From Naegleria gruberi (lineage: Eukaryota): a stretch of DNA of 15,509 nucleotides. Numbering within the stretch: position 1 is the first letter of the stretch; every line of letters begins with the position of its first letter. Where the stretch lies: assembly GCA_000004985.1 (NCBI GenBank), contig GG738978.1; one strand, written 5' to 3'. Shown here in pieces: positions 1 to 9,300 of the stretch. A model generated the notes under the pieces. That model was not told where the DNA came from, did no database searches, and saw nothing but the letters and a program-made list of their open reading frames with translations. Made by a program: the position numbers and the translations under genes.

Positions 1-525
1 CCATTGTTTGGATTGTTGTTGAAGAATTATATTTTGGGAGGACAGAGTGCACCAAGAGATGTCTTTTTTGCAAATATCATTCCTGATGTTGTAAAGAATA
101 TGATCTATATTGCAATTGAGGTTGCCTCACTAGCATTGAGAATAATGATCTACTGGGTAACAAAGAAGCTCTTCCGTGACACAACCATTGTTCATAATAC
201 ACCAAGTGCCAAGAAGAAGAGAGAGAAGGAACGTAATCTTTTCAAGCAATTGCTCTTCTATGCCTTACCATTCTTCTTGTTTGGTGTTTGGGTTATTGTG
301 TACAGATTGGCCACTGATATCATTTACGTAGTTCGTGTCGCAGAGCATGGATTGGATTCCTTCTCTGATGATTTGGATTTGCCTGGATTAATTGTTTTGA
401 GTATTCACCACATTTTGAGCCCTCTGAGAGCTTTTGCCAATAGTGTTGTCTATTGCTTGTTATCAAAGTGGTTCAGTGATAGAGTGAAAGGATCTTTCCG
501 TAGGTGTTGTGGTCAAAGAAATTAA
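1..525 (+). CDS. 3' portion of a gene encoding a multi-pass (7TM-receptor-like) membrane protein; 5' end lies outside the window
   Basis: The ORF is open from base 1 in frame 1 and stops with TAA at 523-525. The translation has three strongly hydrophobic ~20-aa helices (MIYIAIEVASLALRIMIYWV, LLFYALPFFLFGVWVIVYRL, GLIVLSIHHILSPLRAFANSVVYCLL) separated by short charged loops, then a short basic tail (KWFSDRVKGSFRRCCGQRN). The family (Frizzled-like, cAR-like, GABA-B-like or other 7TM) cannot be assigned from this fragment. Confidence 0.5.
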   Translation, partial: PLFGLLLKNYILGGQSAPRDVFFANIIPDVVKNMIYIAIEVASLALRIMIYWVTKKLFRDTTIVHNTPSAKKKREKERNLFKQLLFYALPFFLFGVWVIVYRLATDIIYVVRVAEHGLDSFSDDLDLPGLIVLSIHHILSPLRAFANSVVYCLLSKWFSDRVKGSFRRCCGQRN

Positions 526-729
526 AACTATTTATTATTTAAATAACAATTCAATTTGTTTTTACTAGCTATTATTGGGAAGAAGAATATGAGGTGGAAT
601 ATCAACAAGTGGAAGAAGCAAGTTGCTAATCATCAACTGTTGTTGTGTGAAAAAGAAAAGGGTGTGGAATATATCATCGGAATCAATGAAAACTCTGATC
701 ATCAATATAATTGAAACTAGCTACAAAAT

Positions 730-1269
730 TTAGAACATGGAAGAGCTATCTTCATCTCTCAAATATTGACCAACATCAGCTTGGTGGAAACATACGATAT
801 CTGTTGGTTTAACATATCTACATTCATCCGTCGACTTTGCAGCTACACCAAAACCTAATGGAACATCATTCATATTCATAACAACAACACCTTGATATTG
901 TGGACAATCTTCAGTCATTCTACCCAAACCAGTCTTCAAAATGTGATTACCATAGAGGAATGAAAGTTCTGCTTGAGGTTTAACCCAAACTTTATACTCG
1001 GCATATTGAGCAATATAATCCAAACAAGTTACTTCAAGTTTAAACTTTTTAGATTTGGAAAATCTACCAAAGCAAACTCCCACAGTTTTCAGCCTTTCAA
1101 ATGTAATGTTTTCAGCAAATTGTAATACTTGATTACTCATGTAGAAAACCTTATCTTTATGAAATCGGAAAGAGTATTTATCGTTAATTAATTGCTTGAC
1201 ATTCTTGCCAATATACTTGGTAAGTTTATCAAAGAAAGTTTCCATCTCCTCATCAGTTAGTGGACGCAT
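730..1269 (-). CDS. nip7: 60S ribosomal subunit biogenesis protein NIP7 homolog (PUA-domain protein)
   Basis: The minus-strand ORF translates to MRPLTDEEMETFFDKLTKYIGKNVKQL...LYGNHILKTGLGRMTEDCPQYQGVVVMNMNDVPLGFGVAAKSTDECR...VCFHQADVGQYLRDE. This is colinear with eukaryotic NIP7 (~180 aa), including the conserved motifs MRPLT(E/D)EE, FLYGNH(V/I)LK(S/T)GLGR(I/M)TE, QYQGVVV and PLGFGVAAKST. I start it at the internal ATG at 1267-1269 (MRPL...), which gives 180 aa. The ORF-track start at 1317 adds 16 non-conserved residues (MFTKKLKLSPTTLIKK) and is probably 5' leader. The stop TAA is the reverse complement of 730-732. Confidence 0.85.
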   Translation of the reverse strand: MRPLTDEEMETFFDKLTKYIGKNVKQLINDKYSFRFHKDKVFYMSNQVLQFAENITFERLKTVGVCFGRFSKSKKFKLEVTCLDYIAQYAEYKVWVKPQAELSFLYGNHILKTGLGRMTEDCPQYQGVVVMNMNDVPLGFGVAAKSTDECRYVKPTDIVCFHQADVGQYLRDEDSSSMF

Positions 1270-1666
1270 TTTTTTTATGAGTGTTGTTGGTGAGAGTTTC
1301 AACTTTTTGGTGAACAAAAATAATTTTCATCAGCAAATTGTATTTATTGATGAAGATGAGAGAATTTATTGAATAGAAATTTGAAGGAGTGAGAGAAAAA
1401 ATTGAACGGCAATGATTTGGAGAGAGGATGGTGGTGGGAGTGAGATGGACTCTTTTCCGATTTGAGGGAAGAATTGGGAAGATGATTTTATTCAATTTTT
1501 CTTGAATTATTTCATCATTGAAAATAACTTGAAAATATGAGGGCAACTGGTTTCTGTCAAGATAAAGATCAGAATATTAGTGAAATACCAAACATATCAA
1601 AGCATTATTGGTTCTGTTTGTTTCAAATCTCTTTAATTTTATTTTAATTTTCAAAATTAAAAAAAA

Positions 1667-3109
1667 ATGCAAAACAACAAGAGGAATATTGTTATTGCAG
1701 TCATCATGATGATGATGTTTGCAACAACATTTATTTGTGGATCATCAGAAACTGCCTCTAAAATTAAGGAATATTTAAATCAACACAAATCAGATGTTAA
1801 AAACTTGGAAACATTCCAAAGATGGGTCAGATATCCATCACTTCCTGAACAAGAACATGATGTTCAAATTGATATTGCTAAATACTTGAAGGAAGAATTA
1901 AAGTTTAACAAGGTTGATATTTGGACTATGGATGAACAAACAGCTGAATTGGAAAATAACAAATTCTTTAATACTCCACGTAGTTTTGATTCCTTGGCTA
2001 AATCACCAATTGTTGTTGGTGTTTTGGATGGAAGTGCTCCAGAAGAAGTTGAAACATCAACTGAAGGACAAGTTACTGCATTCAAGAAGCATAAATCCCT
2101 GATTATCAATGGACATATTGATGTCGTTCCTGTCGGTAATCCAAAGGCTTGGTATTTGGAAAATCCTTTCAGTGGTCACATTAACAATTCCAATATTTAT
2201 GGTAGAGGTACTACTGATATGAAGGGTGGTTTGTATGCTGGTTTGTTGGCTATTGAAGCAGTTCAAAGAGCTCTCAATGTCACTAACATGAAGGGTAAGA
2301 TTATTGTTCACAGTGTTGTTGAAGAAGAAAGTGGTGGTGCTGGTACTGTCAGTGCTGTTTTGAGAGGATATGGTCATGCTGATGCTGGTATTTTCCCAGA
2401 ACCTTCTAATTTCTTAATTTTCCCACAACAACAAGGTTCTTTGTGGTTCAGAATTACTGTCCATGGTAAGAGTGCTCATGGTGGTACTAGATATGATGGT
2501 ATTAGTGCTATTGAAAAGTCTCAAATTGTCTTGAATGCTATCAAGAAATTGGAATTTGAAAGAACTCATCTCATTAGAAATGTTCTCAAGCAAAAACTCT
2601 TTGAAAATATTACCATTCCAGTTCCAATCAATGTTGGTGTTATTAAGGGTGGTGAATGGCCAAGTAGTGTTCCAGATTTTACTGTCATTGAAGGTCGTTT
2701 TGGTATTATTCCAAATTATGAAACTGTTGAAGATGCCAAGAAGGTTTTGAATGATTTGGTTTTCAAGATTATTGTAGAAGAAGATCCAGAACATTTCAAT
2801 GCTTACCCATCTAAATTGGAATTTATTGGTGCCAGTTGGGTTCCAGGTTATGTCCCATTAGAACATGAATTTGTTAGTCAGCTTACTAAATCCTTCAGTC
2901 AAGTCACTGGACAAGATCCAATTATTGCCTCAAGTCCTTGGGCTACTGATGCTGGTTACGTTAATGCTTTGGGTAATACACCTAGTGTTGTGTTTGGGCC
3001 TGGTGTCACTCATATGGCTCACCAAACTAATGAATATATTCCAATTGAAAATATTTACAAGGCTGCTGAAGTTATTGCTAATACCATTGTTGATTGGTGT
3101 GGTGTTTAA
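1667..3109 (+). CDS. Peptidase M20 family (ArgE/DapE/ACY1/CPG2-like) zinc metallopeptidase/deacylase with an N-terminal signal peptide
   Basis: 480-aa ORF. The start ATG follows an A-run (aaaaaaaATG). Residues 8-25 (IVIAVIMMMMFATTFICG) form a hydrophobic N-terminal segment, consistent with a signal peptide. The M20 metal-binding and catalytic signatures are present in order: GHIDVVP, GRGTTDMKGG, HSVVEEESGG (Glu-Glu pair), the dimerisation-domain region with KSAHGG, and a C-terminal H(M)AHQTNEY(I) motif. The length and domain order match ArgE/DapE-type enzymes. Confidence 0.8.
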   Translation: MQNNKRNIVIAVIMMMMFATTFICGSSETASKIKEYLNQHKSDVKNLETFQRWVRYPSLPEQEHDVQIDIAKYLKEELKFNKVDIWTMDEQTAELENNKFFNTPRSFDSLAKSPIVVGVLDGSAPEEVETSTEGQVTAFKKHKSLIINGHIDVVPVGNPKAWYLENPFSGHINNSNIYGRGTTDMKGGLYAGLLAIEAVQRALNVTNMKGKIIVHSVVEEESGGAGTVSAVLRGYGHADAGIFPEPSNFLIFPQQQGSLWFRITVHGKSAHGGTRYDGISAIEKSQIVLNAIKKLEFERTHLIRNVLKQKLFENITIPVPINVGVIKGGEWPSSVPDFTVIEGRFGIIPNYETVEDAKKVLNDLVFKIIVEEDPEHFNAYPSKLEFIGASWVPGYVPLEHEFVSQLTKSFSQVTGQDPIIASSPWATDAGYVNALGNTPSVVFGPGVTHMAHQTNEYIPIENIYKAAEVIANTIVDWCGV

Positions 3110-3262
3110 TTTATTTAAATTTTTATTAAATTATTATTTATTAATACATATTAATTGATTTTCTTATTATTTAATAATTATTTAAAAATTGGAAAATACT
3201 CTAAAAATAAATTCCATCAAATAAAAAATATTTAAATTTCCATCTTCCTTTGGAACCAACAA

Positions 3263-4039
3263 ATGACTGATCATATCAAAGTTAGAACAGTTTTGGATGG
3301 TATTGTCAAGGTACCAAAATCCACTACTCTACAAACCATCACCGATCTCAAGAAGGGAATTTACAATTTACGAGGATGGGAAGCATCCACACAACATTTG
3401 TATCAGAATGGTACGGAGTTGAAGGATGATCAAACTCTTTCCGATTCACTTCTTTCCAAAGGCTTTGTATTATTAATTCCAATTAATCATCAACAGAGAA
3501 GATATAAGAGTAAGATAGAGATTGAATCGGAGGCTCAACAATCAACAGCTAGTAGTGGTTCTAATTTATTGCCAACAACTCCAACATCATCAGGATCAAC
3601 CGGATCAGTCTCTGATCAATTGGCACAAATTATGCATGAATTTACATCAACTCATCCTTCAGGAAATACCACTACAACCACTGCAACAAGACCACCAACA
3701 CAACCTGTACAAAATACTACACAACAACCAAGAACAACTGCACCACCAACGACAACTCAACCACCAAGACCAACCCAACCAAGTATTAGTGATATTCAAA
3801 GACAATTATTAATTGATAATTTCCCTGTAGATGATGGTTTGGTAGGCATGGTTATGGAGTTGGGTTTTTCAAAGAGAATTGCAAAGAAGGCTCTCATTCT
3901 TCATAATCTCGACCCAGAAGCTGCAGTGGAATGGATATTTTCAAACGTTGATAATCCATACATATTGGAAAGTGAATTTAGTGTAGAAGAACTCATGCAA
4001 TTAGCTCAAAAATACCAAAATGCAATGAGAGACGAATAG
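3263..4039 (+). CDS. Small ubiquitin-like (UBL) plus UBA domain protein with Thr/Pro/Gln-rich linker
   Basis: 258-aa ORF. The N-terminal ~75 aa (IKVRTVLDGIVKVPKSTTLQTITDLKKGIYNLRGWEASTQHLYQNGTELKDDQTLSDSLLSKGFVLLI) has the hydrophobic periodicity of a ubiquitin-like beta-grasp fold. The C-terminal segment (LVGMVMELGFSKRIAKKALILHNLDPEAAVEWIFSN) matches the UBA consensus (hydrophobic-x-x-hydrophobic-GF...A..AL....N..E.A..W-hydrophobic). Between them is a low-complexity T/P/Q-rich linker typical of dictyostelid proteins. The UBL call is weaker than the UBA call. Confidence 0.6.
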   Translation: MTDHIKVRTVLDGIVKVPKSTTLQTITDLKKGIYNLRGWEASTQHLYQNGTELKDDQTLSDSLLSKGFVLLIPINHQQRRYKSKIEIESEAQQSTASSGSNLLPTTPTSSGSTGSVSDQLAQIMHEFTSTHPSGNTTTTTATRPPTQPVQNTTQQPRTTAPPTTTQPPRPTQPSISDIQRQLLIDNFPVDDGLVGMVMELGFSKRIAKKALILHNLDPEAAVEWIFSNVDNPYILESEFSVEELMQLAQKYQNAMRDE

Positions 4040-4157
4040 AAGAGGAAACAATTACTGAGCAAATTATCTCTGTATTATTATCTCTTTTCAACAAAATGCA
4101 AAATGCATTACTGAATACAATTTTCTCCAATTAGGACTTGTTTTATTTCAATAACAA

Positions 4158-5959
4158 NNNNNNNNNNNNNNNNNNNNNNNNNNNNNNNNNNNNNNNNNNN
4201 NNNNNNNNNNNNNNNNNNNNNNNNNNNNNNNNNNNNNNNNNNNNNNNNNNNNNNNNNNNNNNNNNNNNNNNNNNNNNNNNNNNNNNNNNNNNNNNNNNNN
4301 NNNNNNNNNNNNNNNNNNNNNNNNNNNNNNNNNNNNNNNNNNNNNNNNNNNNNNNNNNNNNNNNNNNNNNNNNNNNNNNNNNNNNNNNNNNNNNNNNNNN
4401 NNNNNNNNNNNNNNNNNNNNNNNNNNNNNNNNNNNNNNNNNNNNNNNNNNNNNNNNNNNNNNNNNNNNNNNNNNNNNNNNNNNNNNNNNNNNNNNNNNNN
4501 NNNNNNNNNNNNNNNNNNNNNNNNNNNNNNNNNNNNNNNNNNNNNNNNNNNNNNNNNNNNNNNNNNNNNNNNNNNNNNNNNNNNNNNNNNNNNNNNNNNN
4601 NNNNNNNNNNNNNNNNNNNNNNNNNNNNNNNNNNNNNNNNNNNNNNNNNNNNNNNNNNNNNNNNNNNNNNNNNNNNNNNNNNNNNNNNNNNNNNNNNNNN
4701 NNNNNNNNNNNNNNNNNNNNNNNNNNNNNNNNNNNNNNNNNNNNNNNNNNNNNNNNNNNNNNNNNNNNNNNNNNNNNNNNNNNNNNNNNNNNNNNNNNNN
4801 NNNNNNNNNNNNNNNNNNNNNNNNNNNNNNNNNNNNNNNNNNNNNNNNNNNNNNNNNNNNNNNNNNNNNNNNNNNNNNNNNNNNNNNNNNNNNNNNNNNN
4901 NNNNNNNNNNNNNNNNNNNNNNNNNNNNNNNNNNNNNNNNNNNNNNNNNNNNNNNNNNNNNNNNNNNNNNNNNNNNNNNNNNNNNNNNNNNNNNNNNNNN
5001 NNNNNNNNNNNNNNNNNNNNNNNNNNNNNNNNNNNNNNNNNNNNNNNNNNNNNNNNNNNNNNNNNNNNNNNNNNNNNNNNNNNNNNNNNNNNNNNNNNNN
5101 NNNNNNNNNNNNNNNNNNNNNNNNNNNNNNNNNNNNNNNNNNNNNNNNNNNNNNNNNNNNNNNNNNNNNNNNNNNNNNNNNNNNNNNNNNNNNNNNNNNN
5201 NNNNNNNNNNNNNNNNNNNNNNNNNNNNNNNNNNNNNNNNNNNNNNNNNNNNNNNNNNNNNNNNNNNNNNNNNNNNNNNNNNNNNNNNNNNNNNNNNNNN
5301 NNNNNNNNNNNNNNNNNNNNNNNNNNNNNNNNNNNNNNNNNNNNNNNNNNNNNNNNNNNNNNNNNNNNNNNNNNNNNNNNNNNNNNNNNNNNNNNNNNNN
5401 NNNNNNNNNNNNNNNNNNNNNNNNNNNNNNNNNNNNNNNNNNNNNNNNNNNNNNNNNNNNNNNNNNNNNNNNNNNNNNNNNNNNNNNNNNNNNNNNNNNN
5501 NNNNNNNNNNNNNNNNNNNNNNNNNNNNNNNNNNNNNNNNNNNNNNNNNNNNNNNNNNNNNNNNNNNNNNNNNNNNNNNNNNNNNNNNNNNNNNNNNNNN
5601 NNNNNNNNNNNNNNNNNNNNNNNNNNNNNNNNNNNNNNNNNNNNNNNNNNNNNNNNNNNNNNNNNNNNNNNNNNNNNNNNNNNNNNNNNNNNNNNNNNNN
5701 NNNNNNNNNNNNNNNNNNNNNNNNNNNNNNNNNNNNNNNNNNNNNNNNNNNNNNNNNNNNNNNNNNNNNNNNNNNNNNNNNNNNNNNNNNNNNNNNNNNN
5801 NNNNNNNNNNNNNNNNNNNNNNNNNNNNNNNNNNNNNNNNNNNNNNNNNNNNNNNNNNNNNNNNNNNNNNNNNNNNNNNNNNNNNNNNNNNNNNNNNNNN
5901 NNNNNNNNNNNNNNNNNNNNNNNNNNNNNNNNNNNNNNNNNNNNNNNNNNNNNNNNNNN
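4158..5959. other. Run of 1802 N (unresolved/hard-masked sequence)
   Basis: Uninterrupted n characters. All long ORFs reported across this interval are artefacts of translating N as X. The block ends 45 bp upstream of the tRNA-Ser gene. Confidence 0.99.
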
Positions 5960-6011
5960 CCCACATTCATTATTTAATAATCATATTAATATATTGGATA
6001 TCAAGTTGAGG

Positions 6012-6022
6012 TGGCCGAGTGG
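6012..6022 (+). promoter_or_regulatory. Pol III internal A-box of the tRNA-Ser gene
   Basis: TGGCCGAGTGG matches the A-box consensus TRGCNNAGTGG at tRNA positions 8-18. Confidence 0.75.
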
Positions 6023-6063
6023 TTAAGGCGCCAGCCTGCTAAGTTGGTGGAGTAATCCGCGTG

Positions 6064-6074
6064 GGTTCGAATCC
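6064..6074 (+). promoter_or_regulatory. Pol III internal B-box of the tRNA-Ser gene
   Basis: GGTTCGAATCC is an exact match to the B-box consensus in the T-arm. Confidence 0.8.
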
Positions 6075-6085
6075 CATCCTCAACG

Positions 6086-6091
6086 TTTTTT
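6086..6091 (+). terminator. RNA polymerase III terminator (T6) immediately after the tRNA discriminator base
   Basis: tttttt at 6086-6091 directly follows G6085. A run of 4 or more T on the coding strand is the canonical Pol III termination signal. Confidence 0.8.
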
Positions 6092-6306
6092 CATGCTTGC
6101 ATTTTTATCTCCAATCAACTTTCAAGTAGCTGCGGGTCAAGTCATCACACTAAATAATGGCACAATTTACAAAAAAACAAAAGAACTCACAACAGACCTT
6201 CCACCTCATCACTTCTTTAATCTTTTTCACATTAACTTCTCAACACATCATCACAATTAAAATTTAATAATTAATTTATTCGAAACTATTCGTCATCAGC
6301 ATAATT

Positions 6307-9300
6307 ATGGATATTTTCTGTGTGTGTATAGCAGAATTTGATTTACTCAAAGGAAACACACTTTCACATGTGTATCCACCCGAACGAAGAACTATTCTAA
6401 ACACTTTCACATCTCATTTGGGAGATTATTGTCTTCCGGATGGTGCTCACTATTTTGAAGAGGATGCTACCTATCTGGTAATTCCTTCAAATGTTGTGAG
6501 TTCTTCTCTGTATAGTTATTTGAAATCGGGTGCTTCTTCTAACAATGTTTCTAGTGTTTCGAATAGTGAGAATAGTTCAGTTGTTAATAATACACAACAA
6601 GTAATGGAATTTATTGAACCCTATGTGGATAAACCAATGTATGCTCATTGTTTATTTAGAAATAAGAAGGATGAACGTGTCAAGAGAGGCGCCATTCAAA
6701 AGTCAATTATTTTATTTTCATCAAAACCATTATTTACTGTTTATGAGAATTTATTGAGATTGGCATTGAATAGAATTTTGGATTTGGATAATATTCACTT
6801 ACAGGTTAATGCTACAGCTACTAAGAAACAACCAGGTGAAGAATTAAACGAAACGGATTTAAATCTTTTGAATCAAGTTCATGATCAGATTAATGATACT
6901 TTGAAAGAGTTTTATAACGAGTGCAGAAATTGTAACATGTTACAATTGAAATTATTCCCAAATACTGATACTATTACTTTGAATATTCCACGTCAGATTG
7001 ATCCATTCACACCAATTGCATTTACACATGGAACTTCTCTTGTACAATTAGTTCAATATTTTGGATTGGAAACAATGCTTGTTTGTTGGAATGCTCTATT
7101 ATTGGATAAGAGAATTATGGTAATTGGTTCACCTGCCAAGTTGGTTTCACAGATCTGTCTCACTCTTCCTCTCTTGATTTATCCATTCCAATATAATGTC
7201 AATCGTGTACATCCATATGTGCCACTCTCAGAGATGGATGATGTGTTATCTGCAACTTCTAAAATTCCAGAATATATCATTGGTACGACGAATGCTCTCT
7301 TTGAAACTCAAGGAAAAAATCAGAGAACTCAATGGTGGGATGTTTGTTTGAGTGTCAATTCTAGAAAAGTTCAACTTGCTGAAAAGATGCCACCTCATTT
7401 CGGTGGCTCTGATTTGGCATTCCTCAATACAAATGATAGCGAAGACGTTCAAATTGAAAAGCTCAATGCCTATCAGAAAGTATTCATGTTAAATGTCATT
7501 AGTGGAGTGAGAGATGGAAAGAGTGAACAATGGGTTCGTGATCAGTTCAAAACTCACAATCTCAAGTTTATTACCGAATTATTGACAAAGGGAAAGCTTA
7601 CTGATATAGTTGAGAATGTTCCGTCTGATGTAGGTGTCGATCCACAAAAACAACAAGTGGCTTTGAAGAATATTTCAGGAGGTCAATTGAAAAAGATTCA
7701 AAGACAGTTCATTGCTGAATCCTCCAAGTTTAGAACCTATGCTTTCAAACAATATTCAACATTTAGAAGTTCACACTGTAGTGGAGATAAGAGTGATGAC
7801 AAACAATCGGAATCTGTTCTCCAATTATTGCAATATTTACAGGACGATAGGATTATCAAGAAGCAAAAGCTTAAATACTTGTTTGATTTGGATAAGATGT
7901 TGTGTAATGTTGATCAAATTGACTTGTTATTGTCAGTTAGTGATAATTCAAGTATTTTTACAACTATTAAGAATAACAAGTGGTTAATTGATGATAATAA
8001 TCAGTGGAGAAAGTACAGTGCCAGTATTTTATCCCAATTGGCAATTAGTGTTAAAGGTCAAATTCAATTATTGTCTCTTCTTCCATCTATCAAACTCTTG
8101 ACCGAAGATTCAATGCCAAATGTCAAGAGAATTGGTTATTACTGTATTATGAAGGTTAGCAACTTGTACATTGGTACATATGCCATCTTGAGAAACCACC
8201 ACGACATTATTGAAAAGATTCTTGATAACATTTTGAATGAGAGTGTGACAGATGCCAATTTTTATGAAATTAGAATGTACAGCATTCAAACCTTGTTACA
8301 AATTTGTCACTATTTTGATTATTTCAAACAGAGTATTAATGTTATCATGACAGATAAGGTCAATAATAATATGATTGAAGATGACGATGCCTACGCCAAG
8401 ATTGTCAGTGTTTCCGTTGATAATTCCATGATTTCTTCAATTGTTGAAAAATTGGAAGGATTTAAAACTAAAATTGCTGGCAGTTTCTCCTACAGTAGTA
8501 TTTCCAATAACAGTGTAGCAAAAAGAAGTTTGAACGATTACAAATTCATTGACAAGTTACTGATTCTCTACGATTACTATGAACTCTATAATAATTACCA
8601 CATTCTCACTGAGAGTGCTCTCAAGTACAATATGAATGTCTTTTATTATTTGAGAAATTTTGACAATTCTCAGGCAAATTCATCCTTCACTGAAATGTAT
8701 CATCACATCTCATCTATCATTATGAATATTAAGAATGATTTGAAGAAGAGTAGTTCAGTTCAACAATCAGAGGGCGAAGATTCCAGTGATCCTCAAACAC
8801 ACATCAATGAATTCCATCATCACCACATGAGTGTTTACTTGTTAGCTCTCTTACAAAGCACCAATTTGATCAATATCATTTTCAATGAATTTATTTTGAA
8901 CGTGAATCATATCAAAACTTACAAGAATTACAAAATGCTCTACATGGTCATGCAATTATTGTACTATGTCATTGATACCAATGTTGGAATGTACTATTTA
9001 TTAATTTCCAATTATATTGAATATTGCTTGACATTTATCAAGTACTTTTCCATTTTGAAGAACAATGATCCAGAGGAAAGCAGTGAGGGCAATTTGAATT
9101 TCAGACTTTTCAAATGTTATTCCTTTATCATGTTCCTCAAAAGACTTTGCAAGTATAAGAAGGCAGCGTGTAGACTCATTGAATCTAATGCTCTTCATAT
9201 TTTAGGTCAATTCATCATTACTCATTATTACAATCCATTATTATCCAATTTGACCTATGCAGCCATTGATGTATTCCAAGATCTTTCTGTATTTTACTTT

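Larger units (their letters stand above)
6005..6085 (+). tRNA. tRNA-Ser (anticodon GCU; class II tRNA with long variable arm), nuclear-type, no encoded CCA
   Basis: Hand-folded cloverleaf. Acceptor stem GTTGAGG (6005-6011) pairs with CCTCAAC (6078-6084), and the discriminator is G6085. D-arm: GCC / GAGTGGTTAA / GGC. Anticodon stem CCAGC / GTTGG (one G-U pair), loop CTGCTAA with anticodon GCT at 6038-6040. Variable arm is 13 nt (TGGAGTAATCCGC, internal GGA/TCC pairing). T-arm: GTGGG / TTCGAAT / CCCAT. Internal A-box TGGCCGAGTGG and B-box GGTTCGAATCC are canonical. 81 nt. Confidence 0.9.

Noticed and set aside
1253-1546. 97-aa minus-strand ORF overlapping the NIP7 5' end and the divergent promoter
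   Set aside because: It is low-complexity, overlaps the well-supported NIP7 start region in another frame, and has no conserved features. It is most likely a chance ORF in the intergenic or leader region.
1864-3158. Several 60-130-aa ORFs on both strands inside the M20 peptidase gene (1864-2109, 1914-2102, 2057-2377, 2414-2794, 2535-2750, 2865-3158)
   Set aside because: They are alternative-frame or antisense ORFs nested in a strongly supported 480-aa gene. Their translations are N/S/T/L-rich nonsense typical of AT-rich antisense frames.
3522-3812. 96-aa plus-strand ORF within the UBL-UBA gene in another frame
   Set aside because: It is the Q/H/L-rich out-of-frame reading of the T/P/Q linker region. 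The main frame has start-to-stop continuity and domain support.
5960-5966. cccacat immediately at the right edge of the first N-run resembles the DUSE element ([AT]CCCA[CT]AA) found ~60 bp upstream of dictyostelid Pol III-type ncRNA genes
   Set aside because: There is one mismatch, the left context is masked, and tRNA genes use internal promoters. It may simply be the terminus of the masked element.
4108-6009. Very long ORFs on both strands (620, 623 and 607 aa) spanning the first N-run
   Set aside because: They consist almost entirely of X from translating N. Only a few real codons at the edges exist, so there is no evidence for a gene.
6134-6143. Possible external B-box (gggtcaagtc) ~50 bp downstream of the tRNA gene, as often found at dictyostelid tRNA loci
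   Set aside because: It matches only 7 of 11 positions of GGTTCGAATCC. That is too weak to call without a genome-wide position-specific model.
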